A DNA stretch of 63,705 nucleotides, the filler included, from Octopus bimaculoides (lineage: Eukaryota), in NCBI RefSeq assembly GCF_001194135.2. It is 7 parts of 7 records of this genome, joined end to end, with 100 filler letters (N's around TTAATTAATTAA, not from the genome) between each part and the next. Parts side by side here need not be neighbours in the genome. Positions count along the whole stretch, not along the records: positions 43,996 to 53,865 come from NC_068989.1; positions 53,966 to 60,105 come from NC_068983.1; positions 60,206 to 62,563 come from NC_068999.1; 4 more parts are not named here. One strand, written 5' to 3'. Below the pieces are notes generated by a model. The model was given only the letters and a program-made list of their open reading frames with translations, made no database searches and was not told the DNA's origin. Shown in pieces: positions 49,631-62,663 of the stretch. The position numbers were made by a program, and so were the translations under genes. Within the stretch, counting starts at the first letter, position 1, and every line of letters starts with the position of its first letter.

Positions 49631-51374
49631 NNNNNNNNNNNNNNNNNNNNNNNNNNNNNNNNNNNNNNNNNNNNNNNNNNNNNNNNNNNNNNNNNNNNNN
49701 NNNNNNNNNNNNNNNNNNNNNNNNNNNNNNNNNNNNNNNNNNNNNNNNNNNNNNNNNNNNNNNNNNNNNNNNNNNNNNNNNNNNNNNNNNNNNNNNNNNN
49801 NNNNNNNNNNNNNNNNNNNNNNNNNNNNNNNNNNNNNNNNNNNNNNNNNNNNNNNNNNNNNNNNNNNNNNNNNNNNNNNNNNNNNNNNNNNNNNNNNNNN
49901 NNNNNNNNNNNNNNNNNNNNNNNNNNNNNNNNNNNNNNNNNNNNNNNNNNNNNNNNNNNNNNNNNNNNNNNNNNNNNNNNNNNNNNNNNNNNNNNNNNNN
50001 NNNNNNNNNNNNNNNNNNNNNNNNNNNNNNNNNNNNNNNNNNNNNNNNNNNNNNNNNNNNNNNNNNNNNNNNNNNNNNNNNNNNNNNNNNNNNNNNNNNN
50101 NNNNNNNNNNNNNNNNNNNNNNNNNNNNNNNNNNNNNNNNNNNNNNNNNNNNNNNNNNNNNNNNNNNNNNNNNNNNNNNNNNNNNNNNNACATATATACA
50201 TACATACAAGCATGCATACATATATGCATGTATGCATGCATAATGCATACATACATACATACATACACAAACACACACACATACATACATACATACATAC
50301 ATACATACGACGGGCAGCTTTCAGTTCTCGTCTACCAAATCCACTCACAAGGTTTTTGACGACCCGAGGCTATAATAAAAGCCACTTGCCCAAAGTGCTG
50401 TTCACTGGTGCATTGGGAAGTAAACTTCATACCACACAGCCAGGCCAGCGCCTATTTTATTTAAATACTATAACGAATTAAAGTAATAAAACTAACAAAA
50501 ACATTTAAGTCAGTTATTAGCAGACAGAATATGTCTTGTGCACAGTCTATAGACGTTGGCATAACACACGTGAAAGAAAAAACCCCACATTTTATTCAGT
50601 TTTTTTAAGCAAACTAAGACAATAAAACAAAAGCATTAAGTCAGTCATTTATTGACAGTACATGACAGGTACAGATTGAAAACACCTTATTTAAAGATAT
50701 CGTGACATTCTGTGTATGTTCAGTATTTTTATTGTTGATAACCAAGACGACCTCTATTCCAGCCGACACCACGAAGAAATTCTGTACCAGCCTTGTGGTT
50801 CTCCCGTTGTGTAATTTCTATTTTCTGTGACTTTTTCCACCCTGGATCCGTGAAACAATGCGTCAACTCTTGCATTTTGCAGAGAATTAGTGGAAAACAT
50901 GAGCGCCTCCAAAATGTTCTGTACGCACTCGGATAATGTCTGGCTATTGCTGATTTGTTTAGTGCACTTGTGTATCAGCAGTTGGTGTTTCGTCGGAAGC
51001 CATTTCTTTCAATAGCATTTCTGTTGAACGAACTTTCAGAATAGCGATCGCTATCCCACGAGAAAAGAAAAGAGAATGGAACTGGGGTGCAAGACTATGT
51101 TAAATAGGCACAACTATTTCAGAATTGTAATTTCCGGTGTGTGTGAAGGCGCGTGGCCTACTGATTAGGGTATTGCACTCCTGATTGCTTGATCATGAGT
51201 TCGATTCCCAGACCGGATGGTGCGTTGTGTTCTTGAACAAAACACTTCACTTCACGTTGTTCCAGTCCACTCAGCTGCAAATGGGTAAGCCTGCGACGGA
51301 ATAGTCTTCAGCGGGATGACATCAATCGAAGGCTAAAACAATGGGAAGCGTGTGTAAGTAGTAGAGACTTTAGC

Positions 51375-51779
51375 TTCATTCTTTTCACTAAACATTTTGC
51401 ACAAAATGTCAACTGTGTCGGTGAAATTTATGTCGGACACTTATTTTGGCAATATGAAGTTACTATACATCTCATGCTCTGCTGTCGCTAGTTTTCTTAG
51501 AACTAGATGCGTTTTCATTTCGTCCGTCCAATCCTGACATTCTTTTCCAAAATTTTGTTGAACTCTTCAAAAGTAAGCCTCGAAGGTAACTTCTTCTTCG
51601 GGGTTATATTTGAATTCGCATAGGAAATTTGCTACATGGTCAGGTGAAAATGTATTCTCTGGTTTGGTTATTAGTTGCAACATTGGCTGCAGCAATTTTT
51701 GTCGTTTTTCTCACTGTTCCTTGAGTTGTTGTTGTTGCTGTTTTTGCAACTCATTTATCACTGCCAACAAGTCTTCCAT
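51375..51779 (-). mobile_element. Gypsy gag remnant (K02A2.6/Mag-like)
   Basis: MEDLL..QQQQ..EFKYNPEEEVTFEAYF / WTDEMKTHLVLRKLATAEHEMYSNFILPK..FTDTVDILCKMFSEK, with stops and a frameshift. Confidence 0.7.
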
Positions 51780-52652
51780 ATTTTATGATTTTCGTAAGTT
51801 TGCACAAGATTTTTGTTGCTTTTTTGTCGAGGAATTTAATTCTCCTCATGAATTAGTTTAACTTTCTGCGTGAATGTCTTTTTTTTGTGTTTCCTGGTCG
51901 CTACTGTTGTAACGCAGTCTTTTGCCACTGTTGTATCTGTCTTTTGACGAAGGTTGTCGCTCTGACAGATATTGTTAAATTCCGAAGTCACCGATAGACT
52001 GCTTCTATCTGGCATTGTACGACTCCCAGTCGTACAATGTTATTACCTTCAAAAGGTTGGATAGTTATAACGTCCACTCAGTATAACAGTATAATTACTA
52101 TATCAATACAGACCCGACTATCAACACAGTCTACACGTACTCTCCACTTTCTGACCTTCCTTTTCGACCGGCTGCTGGTCTATTCATAATGGCTGGCAAC
52201 TACCACTTTTTACCGGTGGTAGAGGGTTACAGTTTCACTATACAGCACATACATACATACATACATACATACATAATACATACATACATACATACATACA
52301 TACAAGTATAAACGGATGCATTATATTTACTGTATAAGTTGCTGTTTTTGATGGTTCCTACGTTAAACTCCCACTTTTACACGACCCAGGTGAAGTTCAA
52401 ACAATTATGACATAGTCATTACATGATATGAAGAGCTCATCTAGTATCAGAGAAAAACATGAAGCATGAAGTCGGTATTTCTTTTATTTTAGACGAATGA
52501 TCTTCATAAATTGTATTTAGAATTTAGCGTTGCTTATCGATCTTAATTATCGATCACAGAAACGTAACAGATATGAAGTAAAAGAAATACTAACTCCACA
52601 GACAGATAAACAGACAGACAGACAGATTGATTGCTCGAGAGATAGAAAGATG

Positions 52653-52689
<37 letters not shown>

Positions 52690-52761
52690 ATAGGCAGGCA
52701 GGCAGACAGACATGCATGCATACATACATACATACATACATACATACATACATACATACAT

Positions 52762-52798
<37 letters not shown>

Positions 52799-53820
52799 GA
52801 TGTGTGTGTATTTATTTACTGATGCATCACAATGTGTTTTTCTATGCTGAAAAGTACAACTTAGCGAATCAATAGAGGTCGCCACAATATGTACCAAAGT
52901 CAAATAAGTACTCTTAACTAAAACAGTTGAAGACGGTATACCAGAATGGTTACGAACCTATAACTGAGAAATATGTGTATGCATGTATGTATGTTTGTAT
53001 GTATGTATGTATGTATGTATGTATGTATGTATGTATGTATGTACGTTATGTTTGTATGTATGTATGTATGTATGTACATACGTACGTTATGTATGTAGAC
53101 AGGTAGATAGGTGGGCACATACACACTCCACACACAAATACACACACACAGATATATATGTATATACACACACATGCTAATCACACATACATACATACAT
53201 ACATACATACATCCATACATACATACATACATACATACCAATCATTCACGTATATGCGTTCATACATATACGTATATGTGTGTATGTGCGCGTAACAGTG
53301 TGGGTATTTGTGTATGCGTGTGTGTGGTCCTGAGACGCCTGTTTAAGTTCATAATTCAGGAAACGGCATTAATTTTATTGTATTTGACTTTATTTTTATT
53401 TTATCTTCGTATCTGGACTAGTTTTCCCAGTTCAGTGGAAGATACTGGAAGTAACCTAAATGGTTGGTAGAGGCGGTAAGATCGATCGGGGAGTGAAGGA
53501 AGTACATGAATTAACGAATAAAAAGTCAGAAAAAAGAGGAAAGAGTTCGAGAGATACACAGAAAGAAGGAAAGAGAAACGAAGCCGAAATAATCGTCTAA
53601 TACATACATACCTACAAACATAACGTACATACGTACATACATACATACATACATACATACATACGCATCTAATCTATACATACAAATGTATGCACACACA
53701 TGCATGCAAACACATACATACGCACATATATACATACATTCATACATATATATACAAACATACGTACGTACGTACACATACACACACGCACAGACACATG
53801 CATACATAGATACATACATA

Positions 53821-53865
<45 letters not shown>

Positions 53866-55769
53866 NNNNNNNNNNNNNNNNNNNNNNNNNNNNNNNNNNN
53901 NNNNNNNNNTTAATTAATTAANNNNNNNNNNNNNNNNNNNNNNNNNNNNNNNNNNNNNNNNNNNNCCTCGAAAAGAAAAACTCTACATTTGTATTTTGTC
54001 CCCTCTGTGTTGAGCCCTGCGTGGCTAATAAAGAAACCTATCTAGCTATCTATCTATCTATTTATCTATCTGTCTTCCTCTATCTTTCTATCTATCCCTC
54101 TGTCCTGGCCTCTACTTCACTGCTATACCCTTCTGTCCCTTCCTCCTTGTTCCACTTCCTCTCTGCTCTCGTGTGACCTGTGGTCTGCTTTCTTTTCACT
54201 CTAGCCACTGTGAAGGCAAGATGAACTACTAGCGTTCTACCTCAGATTCGCGTTTGGCCGTATGGCTTTTGAATGTTGTTTTCACTGTCCAATTTTTCCT
54301 GTCTTGGTTTGTGTTTGCCACCTTGGAATCCTCTGTGTAGTGGGTTGATCCACTACTCAGGAAGAGACTATTCTAGAGTACGTTCTGTCTAATCTTCGAA
54401 ACGTCTAGTTAGAATAGAGACAGCTGATGAAGGAATATTCCAAGTGGCTTTCTGTTTTCCTATGTGTTCGTTCCGTTGTCTGTAGTTCATTGTTCTAACA
54501 TCCTGTACCCTGATATGCATATATATACACATGTAGATGTAAGTATGTNNNNNNNNNNNNNNNNNNNNNNNNNNNNNNNNNNNNNNNNNNNNNNNNNNNN
54601 NNNNNNNNNNNNNNNNNNNNNNNNNNNNNNNNNNNNNNNNNNNNNNNNNNNNNNNNNNNNNNNNNNNNNNNNNNNNNNNNNNNNNNNNNNNNNNNNNNNN
54701 NNNNNNNNNNNNNNNNNNNNNNNNNNNNNNNNNNNNNNNNNNNNNNNNNNNNNNNNNNNNNNNNNNNNNNNNNNNNNNNNNNNNNNNNNNNNNNNNNNNN
54801 NNNNNNNNNNNNNNNNNNNNNNNNNNNNNNNNNNNNNNNNNNNNNNNNNNNNNNNNNNNNNNNNNNNNNNNNNNNNNNNNNNNNNNNNNNNNNNNNNNNN
54901 NNNNNNNNNNNNNNNNNNNNNNNNNNNNNNNNNNNNNNNNNNNNNNNNNNNNNNNNNNNNNNNNNNNNNNNNNNNNNNNNNNNNNNNNNNNNNNNNNNNN
55001 NNNNNNNNNNNNNNNNNNNNNNNNNNNNNNNNNNNNNNNNNNNNNNNNNNNNNNNNNNNNNNNNNNNNNNNNNNNNNNNNNNNNNNNNNNNNNNNNNNNN
55101 NNNNNNNNNNNNNNNNNNNNNNNNNNNNNNNNNNNNNNNNNNNNNNNNNNNNNNNNNNNNNNNNNNNNNNNNNNGGTTTCGAAATTTAACAATCTTACCG
55201 ACTGTCTATTTCTCTTCAGCCTGATTTGTAATGGAACCATAATCATCAGAACCCCATACAAAGTTGCCCACCGCCATAGGTGCGCGTGTATATGGTTCTA
55301 ATAATTACAGCTTAATGGTAAAATTCAAAAGTCTTCGTTTTGGCGTGCTAATTCCAGGAATATGTCTGCAGAGAATATTTACTGCATCGCATATATCCAG
55401 TATGAGAACTCGGTAAGGGTTAATATATTATTAAAAAATATGGCAAAAAACATATATTAATTAATATTGATTAATTACCAGGAAGCTAGCACATTTAAAG
55501 AATCAAAGAGATTCAGAAATCATCATCATCATGATTATTGTTTTAACTGCTTTTTCCATGCTGGTATGTTTTGGACAAAATGTACTGAAGAAGTATTCCA
55601 TGACCAAAATCTCATCGTTGAATAAAAGCTGGTGGCTTGATGGGAATCCACTCATAAAACTCTGTTCCAATAAGTCTTCGTCCAACTCAGGCCAGTGTGG
55701 AAAAGTGCATGCAAAAGAAACAAATTATGTGTGTGTGAGTGTATTCAATTATGTAGCACTGGTATGAAT

Positions 55770-56040
55770 GCTTTTTATGTGTCTTTTCAAGCTCAGCAAA
55801 TTGCCAGAAGTCTCAGTCCCTCGTCATCTCCTCAGTGAGGCCCAACATCTGGAGATGCTTCTTCACCACCTCATCCCACATCTTCCACAGGTTCCCTCCA
55901 CAATTAGAGATTGGTACTTCTTTAGGCAACTTTTCTCATCCATATGCATTACACGACCATACCAGCATAGTCTTCTCTCCTGCATGTAACATCTGTTGTC
56001 TCTCATTCTCAATATTTCTCTTCTACATGCACATTGACAT
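55770..56040 (-). mobile_element. RTE-clade LINE 3' coding remnant
   Basis: RRLCWYG-VM-MDEKSCLKKYQSLIVEGTCG-like reading with indels. Confidence 0.6.
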
Positions 56041-56550
56041 TATCTATCCAACAGGAAAAGGTTGACAGTGACTTCGAAGTTTTGGTTTACTAGCCATCAT
56101 CAGATGCTTTGGTGAGCTGAAACTTCAAAGACTCTAAAAAACTTTTCCTCGTAAAAATTAATAGATATGGTCCTCTACTTGTTGGGTGGTCCTTCTGTTT
56201 AATATTCAACTATTTTTATATATAACTCAACATAAAAACAAACAATAGGCCCCCCACACACACACGATGTGTGGCAAGTACTATACTTGCTAACTTTCAA
56301 GTTCAGTACAGTAACACTCACACATACATACAGTATGTTATCATCATCATCATATAATGAATGATCATTATTATCGTTCCAAAGCTGCTTTCCATGTTGG
56401 CATGGGTTGGACGGTTCAACAAGAGCTGATGTTTGGAGGAATATGTCTTGATTTAATGTCTCAGATTTGGTGTGGTTTCAATAGTTTGATGCTCTTCCAA
56501 CACCAATTATTTTATAACATGCATTGGGGAGAATTCTGTCATGGCACTAC

Positions 56551-56564
<14 letters not shown>

Positions 56565-56582
<18 letters not shown>

Positions 56583-57030
56583 CATCGTTTAACGTCCGCT
56601 TTCCATGCTAGCATGGGTTGGACGATTTGACTGAGGACTGGCGAATCAGATGGCTGCACCAGGCTCCAATCTTATCTGGCAGAGTTTCTACAGCTGGATG
56701 CCCTTCCTAATGTCAACCACTCCGAGAGTGTTGTGGGTGCTTTTACGTTCCACCGGCACAAAGGCCAGTCAGGTGGTACTGACAACGGCCATGCTCAAGT
56801 GGTGTCTTTTACATGCCACTTGCACAGGAGCCAGTCCAGCGGCACTGGCAACAACCTTGCTCAAATGTTTTTTTCACATGCCACTGGCACAAGTGCCAGT
56901 AAGGCGACACTGGTAACGAACATGTTCAAATGGTGCATTTTACATGCCACCGGCACGGAAGCCAGTGAGTTGCTCTGGCAGCGATCACACTCGGATGGTG
57001 TTCTTAGTGCTCCACTGACACAGGTGCCAG
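56565..57030 (-). repeat. RTE-tail-related repeat with (GAT)n tail and internal ~60-bp tandem units
   Basis: catcatcgtttaacgtccgctttccatgctagcatgggttggacg head (also at ~56370 and 59860-60105), followed by about 5 degenerate units containing acatgccac(c/t)ggcac..gccag. Confidence 0.65.
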
Positions 57031-58029
57031 TCATCGATTTTGAGTTCAGTCCATTATCACTGAAGATTTGGGCATGTGACTCGTGTCTGCCAAGTTTGAG
57101 CCAAAACTGCTTTCAGCTGACCAAAAAGACACACAGGTTTCAGTGGCACAAAATCTCTTTGATTGTGTTGAGAACGATGAGAACATTTTGAAAACTTTGT
57201 GTAAGCCTCTGGGCAGGTATCACACACACACACACACACACACATTGTTTTACTCATTTATTTGTTTCAGTCATTTGAATGTGGCCATGCTGGAGCACCG
57301 CCTTTAGTCGAACAAATCAACCCCAGCACTTATTCTTTGTAAGCCTAGTACTTATTCTATTGATATCTTTTGCTGAACTGTTAAGTTACAGGGACGTAAA
57401 CACACCATTATCAGTTGTCAAGCAATTTTGTGGTGGGGGGNNNNNNNNNNNNNNNNNNNNNNNNNNNNNNNNNNNNNNNNNNNNNNNGGGGGTGGACAAA
57501 CATAGACACGCAAACATATATATATATATACATGACAGGCTTCTTTCAGTTTCTGCCTATGAAATCCACTCACAAGGCTTTGGTTGGCCTGAGGTTATAG
57601 TAGAAGACACTTGCCCAAGATGCCATGCAGTGGGACTGAACACAGAACCATGTGGTTGGTAAGCAAGCTACTTACCACACAGCCACTCTGTATACACATA
57701 TATATATTTTCAAGATGTTCCTCATATAAAGCACTTCATCCACCTGAATGGGAAACACCTTGAAAAAACCTGTATATGAATGTCAGTCATTGAATTGGAA
57801 TTTGTACTATAATTGATTTAATATAAATTGATTAGCTGCACAGAACTGTCATATCTAAGTACCTTAAGACATTTTATGCAACAAGATCATGTATCACAAT
57901 TTTATATGCTGAAAAATATTTTAATTATCGATATATACTTCTCCATGTTTATATATATATAGAATGACATAATAAAACAAAAAATTAACCCCATACAGCT
58001 GTCATATACATGTATATACACATATCATT

Positions 58030-58560
58030 AGGAAAAATGAGTCACCCCAGAAAGCATTCACTAAAAATTAAAGGGCATGACTGATCTTGATTATTGGAAC
58101 TGCCTTCAAACATTGAATCTTTATTCTCTCCTGCGCTATCATAAGCAATAATATCATTTGCACAACATGGAGAATATACCACCAGCATTGCCCAAACGAC
58201 TTTAAAACATTAAATTCAAAACTCATCCAAGGCAGGGCTCACATGCCATATTCCCCCTATACAATTTAGGGTCACAACACATAAATTCACTGCAACACAG
58301 TTTCTTTTCTTCAACAGGCCCTGCTCTATTTAACATTATCTCAAAACAAACCAAAGAAGAAAAAGATCCCAACACCTTCAAATGAAACTTGGACAAATTT
58401 GTTCAAGAGATACCAGATTAGTAATCTATACATCTCAGTCAACATCATCTCATTACTTGAATGGGCCATGATACCACAAAACTTACTTAAAAACGTCTTA
58501 ACAGATCCACCCATCAGGTGATGCTATCAAGTTATACATAGCCTGGGCCAATCTTTGAAA
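58030..58560 (+). mobile_element. CR1-type LINE 3' remnant
   Basis: Degenerate LYSL.R..IICTTWRIYHQHCPND and NLDKFVQEIPD readings. Confidence 0.5.
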
Positions 58561-58924
58561 CAAACCTAAGTTATTTAAGCTATACATATCTATGTACACA
58601 CATACTCCCAATCATTGTCTTCATCCACTTTCTTTTTCTCCTTTTGTTTCTCTCTTTCTCTTTTTCACATGCATAAACATATTCTCATACATGATATGTG
58701 ACCTTTGTAATTATATATAATTAACAGCAGTACCCAGTGTATTCTGGGTTTATTAATATCTAAAGATGACATGATTCACTATATTTTGGATAAAGTGCTT
58801 CAAAAAGATGCTGACAATCCTAATTTGATACAGAAATATTGATTAACTTAGAATTGTTGTACCTAATCAATACAGAAGACAGTTTAATATGAACTTTAAA
58901 AAAATTGCTTAAAAAAAAAAAAGA

Positions 58925-59108
58925 AGTGGCTGTGTGGTAAGTAGCTTGCTTACCAACCACATGGTTCCGGGTTCAGTCCCACTGCGTGGCACCTTGGGCA
59001 AGTGTCTTCTACTATAGCCTCGGGCTGACCAAAGCCTTGTGAGTGGATTTGGTAGACGGAAACTGAAAGAAGCCCATCGTATATATGTATATGTATATAT
59101 ATATATGC

Positions 59109-59140
<32 letters not shown>

Positions 59141-59340
59141 TTGTCCCACCCAACATTGCTTGACAACTGATGCTGGTGTGTTTAATTCCCCATAACTTAG
59201 CGGTTTGGCAAAAGAGACTGATAGAATAAGTACTAGGCATCCAAAGAATAAGTCCTGGGGTCGATTCGCTCGACTAAAGGCAGTGCTCCAGCATGGCCAC
59301 AGTCAAAGGACTGAAACAAGTAAAAGAGTAAAAGAGTAAA
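58925..59340 (+). mobile_element. SINE family B, full length, with internal microsatellite
   Basis: gtggctgtgtggtaag (A box), ggttcagtccc (B box), ccttgggcaagtgtctt, internal (TA/TG)n and tail gactgaaacaagtaaaagag. Other copies at 7480-7820(-), 10535-10765(+), 24250-24430(+), 44400-44535(-), 49190-50440(-, gapped) and 57250-57690(-). Confidence 0.88.
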
Positions 59341-59624
59341 CACAGAAACTAACATAAAGTTTTGCTCTTCAATTTTTTTCCCAATTTTCTAGGAAAATAT
59401 CTCTTTGTTTTGTAAATACTATACTAAATGACATAATTACCCCCAATGAATTACTTTCTCTTTTTTTCTGCTGTGAAGGCATGTAGCTTAGTGGTTAGCG
59501 TATTGGGCTTACGATCATAAGGTCACTGGTTCAATTCTTGAGCTGGGTACTACATTGTCTTTGAGCAATGCGTTTCATTTCATCTTGTTCCGACCAACTC
59601 ACCTGAAAAATAAATAAATAAATA

Positions 59625-59820
59625 TACGACAGGGTGCTGAAAAGTTCATGGCTTTGAGTAAAAGAAAATACCGGAGGATCAGTTAACTATGATTTAATTC
59701 AACATATTCCCCTTTCAGGAATATTGCAGCAGTCCTTCAATTTTTCTAAGCCCTGTAAAAGAACTCAGAAGGCCTTTTGTGATACCCTTAAAGCTAGGAA
59801 CTTTTCAACACCCCCTTGTG
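59625..59820. mobile_element. Mariner-type MITE
   Basis: TIRs of ~31 bp: tacgacagggtgctgaaaagttcatggcttt / aaagctaggaacttttcaacacccccttgtg. Confidence 0.72.
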
Positions 59821-60205
59821 CATGTGTGTGTGTGTGTATATCATCATCATCAGCATCATCATCATCGTTTACCGTCCGCTTTCCATGCTAGCATGGGTTG
59901 GACGATTTGACTGAGGACTGGTGAAACCGGATGGCAACACCAGGCTCCAGTCTAATTTGGCAGAGTTTCTACAGCTGGATGCCCTTCCTAACGCCAACCA
60001 CTCAGAGAGTGTAGTGGGTGCTTTTACGTGTCACCCGCACGAAAACGGCCACGCTCGAAATGGTGTCTTTTATGTGCCACCCGCACAAGCCAGTCCAGGG
60101 GCACTNNNNNNNNNNNNNNNNNNNNNNNNNNNNNNNNNNNNNNNNNNNNTTAATTAATTAANNNNNNNNNNNNNNNNNNNNNNNNNNNNNNNNNNNNNNN
60201 NNNNN

Positions 60206-62540
60206 GCATCGACTCCATATTTTTCCCCTAACATATCATAAAAGGTTGAAAAATTATCAAGTTTGTTTTCGAGTACAGTTCTAGTTTTATCTATTTGCTC
60301 TTTACAACACACTATGTCATGACTTTTACTCTGGAGGATGTTAAATAAGACGTCAGTAAAAGAAAAAATGTCACTGAATACTTCTAACAAAAATAAGAAA
60401 TCAGGAGCTTTTAAAGTGTGTAAGAATCCAATTACTGAATTTATGGTGGTATCATCCCATGCTTCAGGATTTTCAATGATGTGTTCAAAAAGGCTGATTA
60501 TGAAATTATAATTTTCCTTTGTGGTAATAATGAGATGTTAGGAGTAATTCCATCTAGTTGCTGTTGCTTTCGAAAATCTTTTTTTAACTATGTTATCTAA
60601 TGCATTAGCCCTTTTCGGTGATTTCGTAAAAAATGTACCCAGTCCGTTTATTGTAGAAAAAAATATCTTGCATTCTTTCATAGCAGAGCATGATTGTGAA
60701 AGAACTAAATTTAGGATATGGGCACAACAATGAATAACGATCGCACATTCATATTTCTTTCTTACTTTTGTCTGTAACCCATTTAATTGTCCTGCCATTG
60801 TAGTGGCACCTTTATATGTCTGTGCAATCAATTTGTTTCCACATTCCCACGTCTCAATGCATTTAAAAACATGTTCAGATAAAGCATTTGCAGATCGATC
60901 TGCACTAACATCACTAAAACCGATAAATCGTTCTTTTGTCACACAGTCTTCTGTAACATAATGTAAAACTGTTGACAGTTGTGAATATGCTGAGACATCA
61001 GATGTCTCAACAAGAATAGAAACAAACTTAGCTTGCTCAATTTCCTTTTGCATCTCATTCAACATAACTTTATGAATTGCATCGATCAAGTCATTTTGAA
61101 TTCTGTTTGACAGACCGGTGAAGATAGAAGCTGTATCTAGATGACTTTCCATTTTTTTGTCATATTTACTGATTAAATATACAAGTTCTTTATAATTTCC
61201 ACAATTATTAGAGCCTTCAGATTCAAAATGACCCCGGAATGATAATTCCTGGAGGCCTAAAAAAATAACAACATCGATCAATCGTTGTAGAATGGATCTG
61301 TTTCGTCTAACTTTCTCATTATGATGTTGTATGCTTTGATTTTTACATGCATCTAATTGTAAGTCTATGCGAACATTCCCATATATTTTAAGATCTATCA
61401 AAGATTTATATGCTTTGAGAATGCTCATGCTTTAGCATAGCCATATGTAAATTATTTAAATCATCATAGCCTTTATCATTCCAAAAACGCCAACAGAATA
61501 ATTTATTAAGTGTAGCACTTCCAGTTAACCATTTTTTCTTTTCATACAAATTAACCTGAAATTGTCTTGTGAATTTCTTGTAGCTTCTCAGATTAGGTAA
61601 ATAGGGTGCTGGTCTCCCACCGTTTATAATTAATTGTTTTCCCTTGAAGTCTCTTTTCGAAAAACTATTTCTCAAAATATCGTTTATAACACACATTTCA
61701 CTCATTTCGAAAAAAGTAACACTTGTGTAAGTGTCTGCGTAAATTGTAAGTGAATTTCAACAAAACGGAAAAATAACGTTGGTTAAGTTAATTTAAGATT
61801 AATTAGCTACTTCTGAAATAAGAAATATAATATAGATAATATTTTTGTTTTCAGAACACTCCAAAAATATAATAGTGCAAACAGATGTTTTGGATAAAAA
61901 AATTCAAACTTACCGCCAGGTTATTCCAAGAATTATGGCTAACTCAAGAACTGCTCTTGTTCCGGTCAAAAATTTTAGAACTGCACTTGTTCCGGTCAAA
62001 AATTTTACGGGTCAAAAAGTGGAACCAGGTTAGCAACAATTCTACACTAACAAAGAGACAGAGATGGGGTGTCATGCAATTTTCTCAAAGCATGACATAC
62101 CATAATGAATTTGTCGATTCACTGAGGAAGAGAGAGGAAGGGGGTACAAAATATTATGAATGACCTTTCTTCCTAGCACTTTAAACAAGTCACTAAGAGA
62201 GAGAAGAAGGAGAGACAAACTAACAAAGAAACAGAGAGGGAGGTCATGCGGATCTTCTCAAAGCATGACATGCCAATGAATTTATGGAGACACTAAGAGA
62301 GAGAGGAAGGGGGTAGGACAAACTAACAGAGACAAAGAGGGAGTGTCTGTCATGTGGGTATTCTCAAAGCAGAAGTATGAGTCACTGAGAGAGGGGAAGG
62401 GGAGACAAAATATTTCGAAAACAACTGGAGGGATTTTCTTTGAAACAAAGTAACTATTTTATCTAATTTTCCGATTATATGGATAAAAAATCACAGACCA
62501 TGTAGTGCATACCTTGCATACTCGAGAGTGCATGCCCCTG
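60206..62540 (-). mobile_element. hAT transposon (ZMYM1-like/DUF4371 transposase), pseudogenised, 5' end present
   Basis: LSFRGHFE..GNYKEL, SNRIQNDLI, ILVETSD, QTYKGATTMAG, IHCCAHILNL, TRWNYS*. Frameshift near 61420 and a premature stop at 60538. Terminal CAGGGGCATGCAC starts at 62540. Confidence 0.85.
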
Positions 62541-62663
62541 GTATATACATATATATATATATANNNNNNNNNNNNNNNNNNNNNNNNNNNNNNNNNNNNN
62601 NNNNNNNTTAATTAATTAANNNNNNNNNNNNNNNNNNNNNNNNNNNNNNNNNNNNNNNNNNNN

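Noticed and set aside
49120-50850. Inverted aaaagtcacag motifs ending in GGATCC as a large TIR element
   Set aside because: The match is too short, the interior is gapped and no TSD was found.
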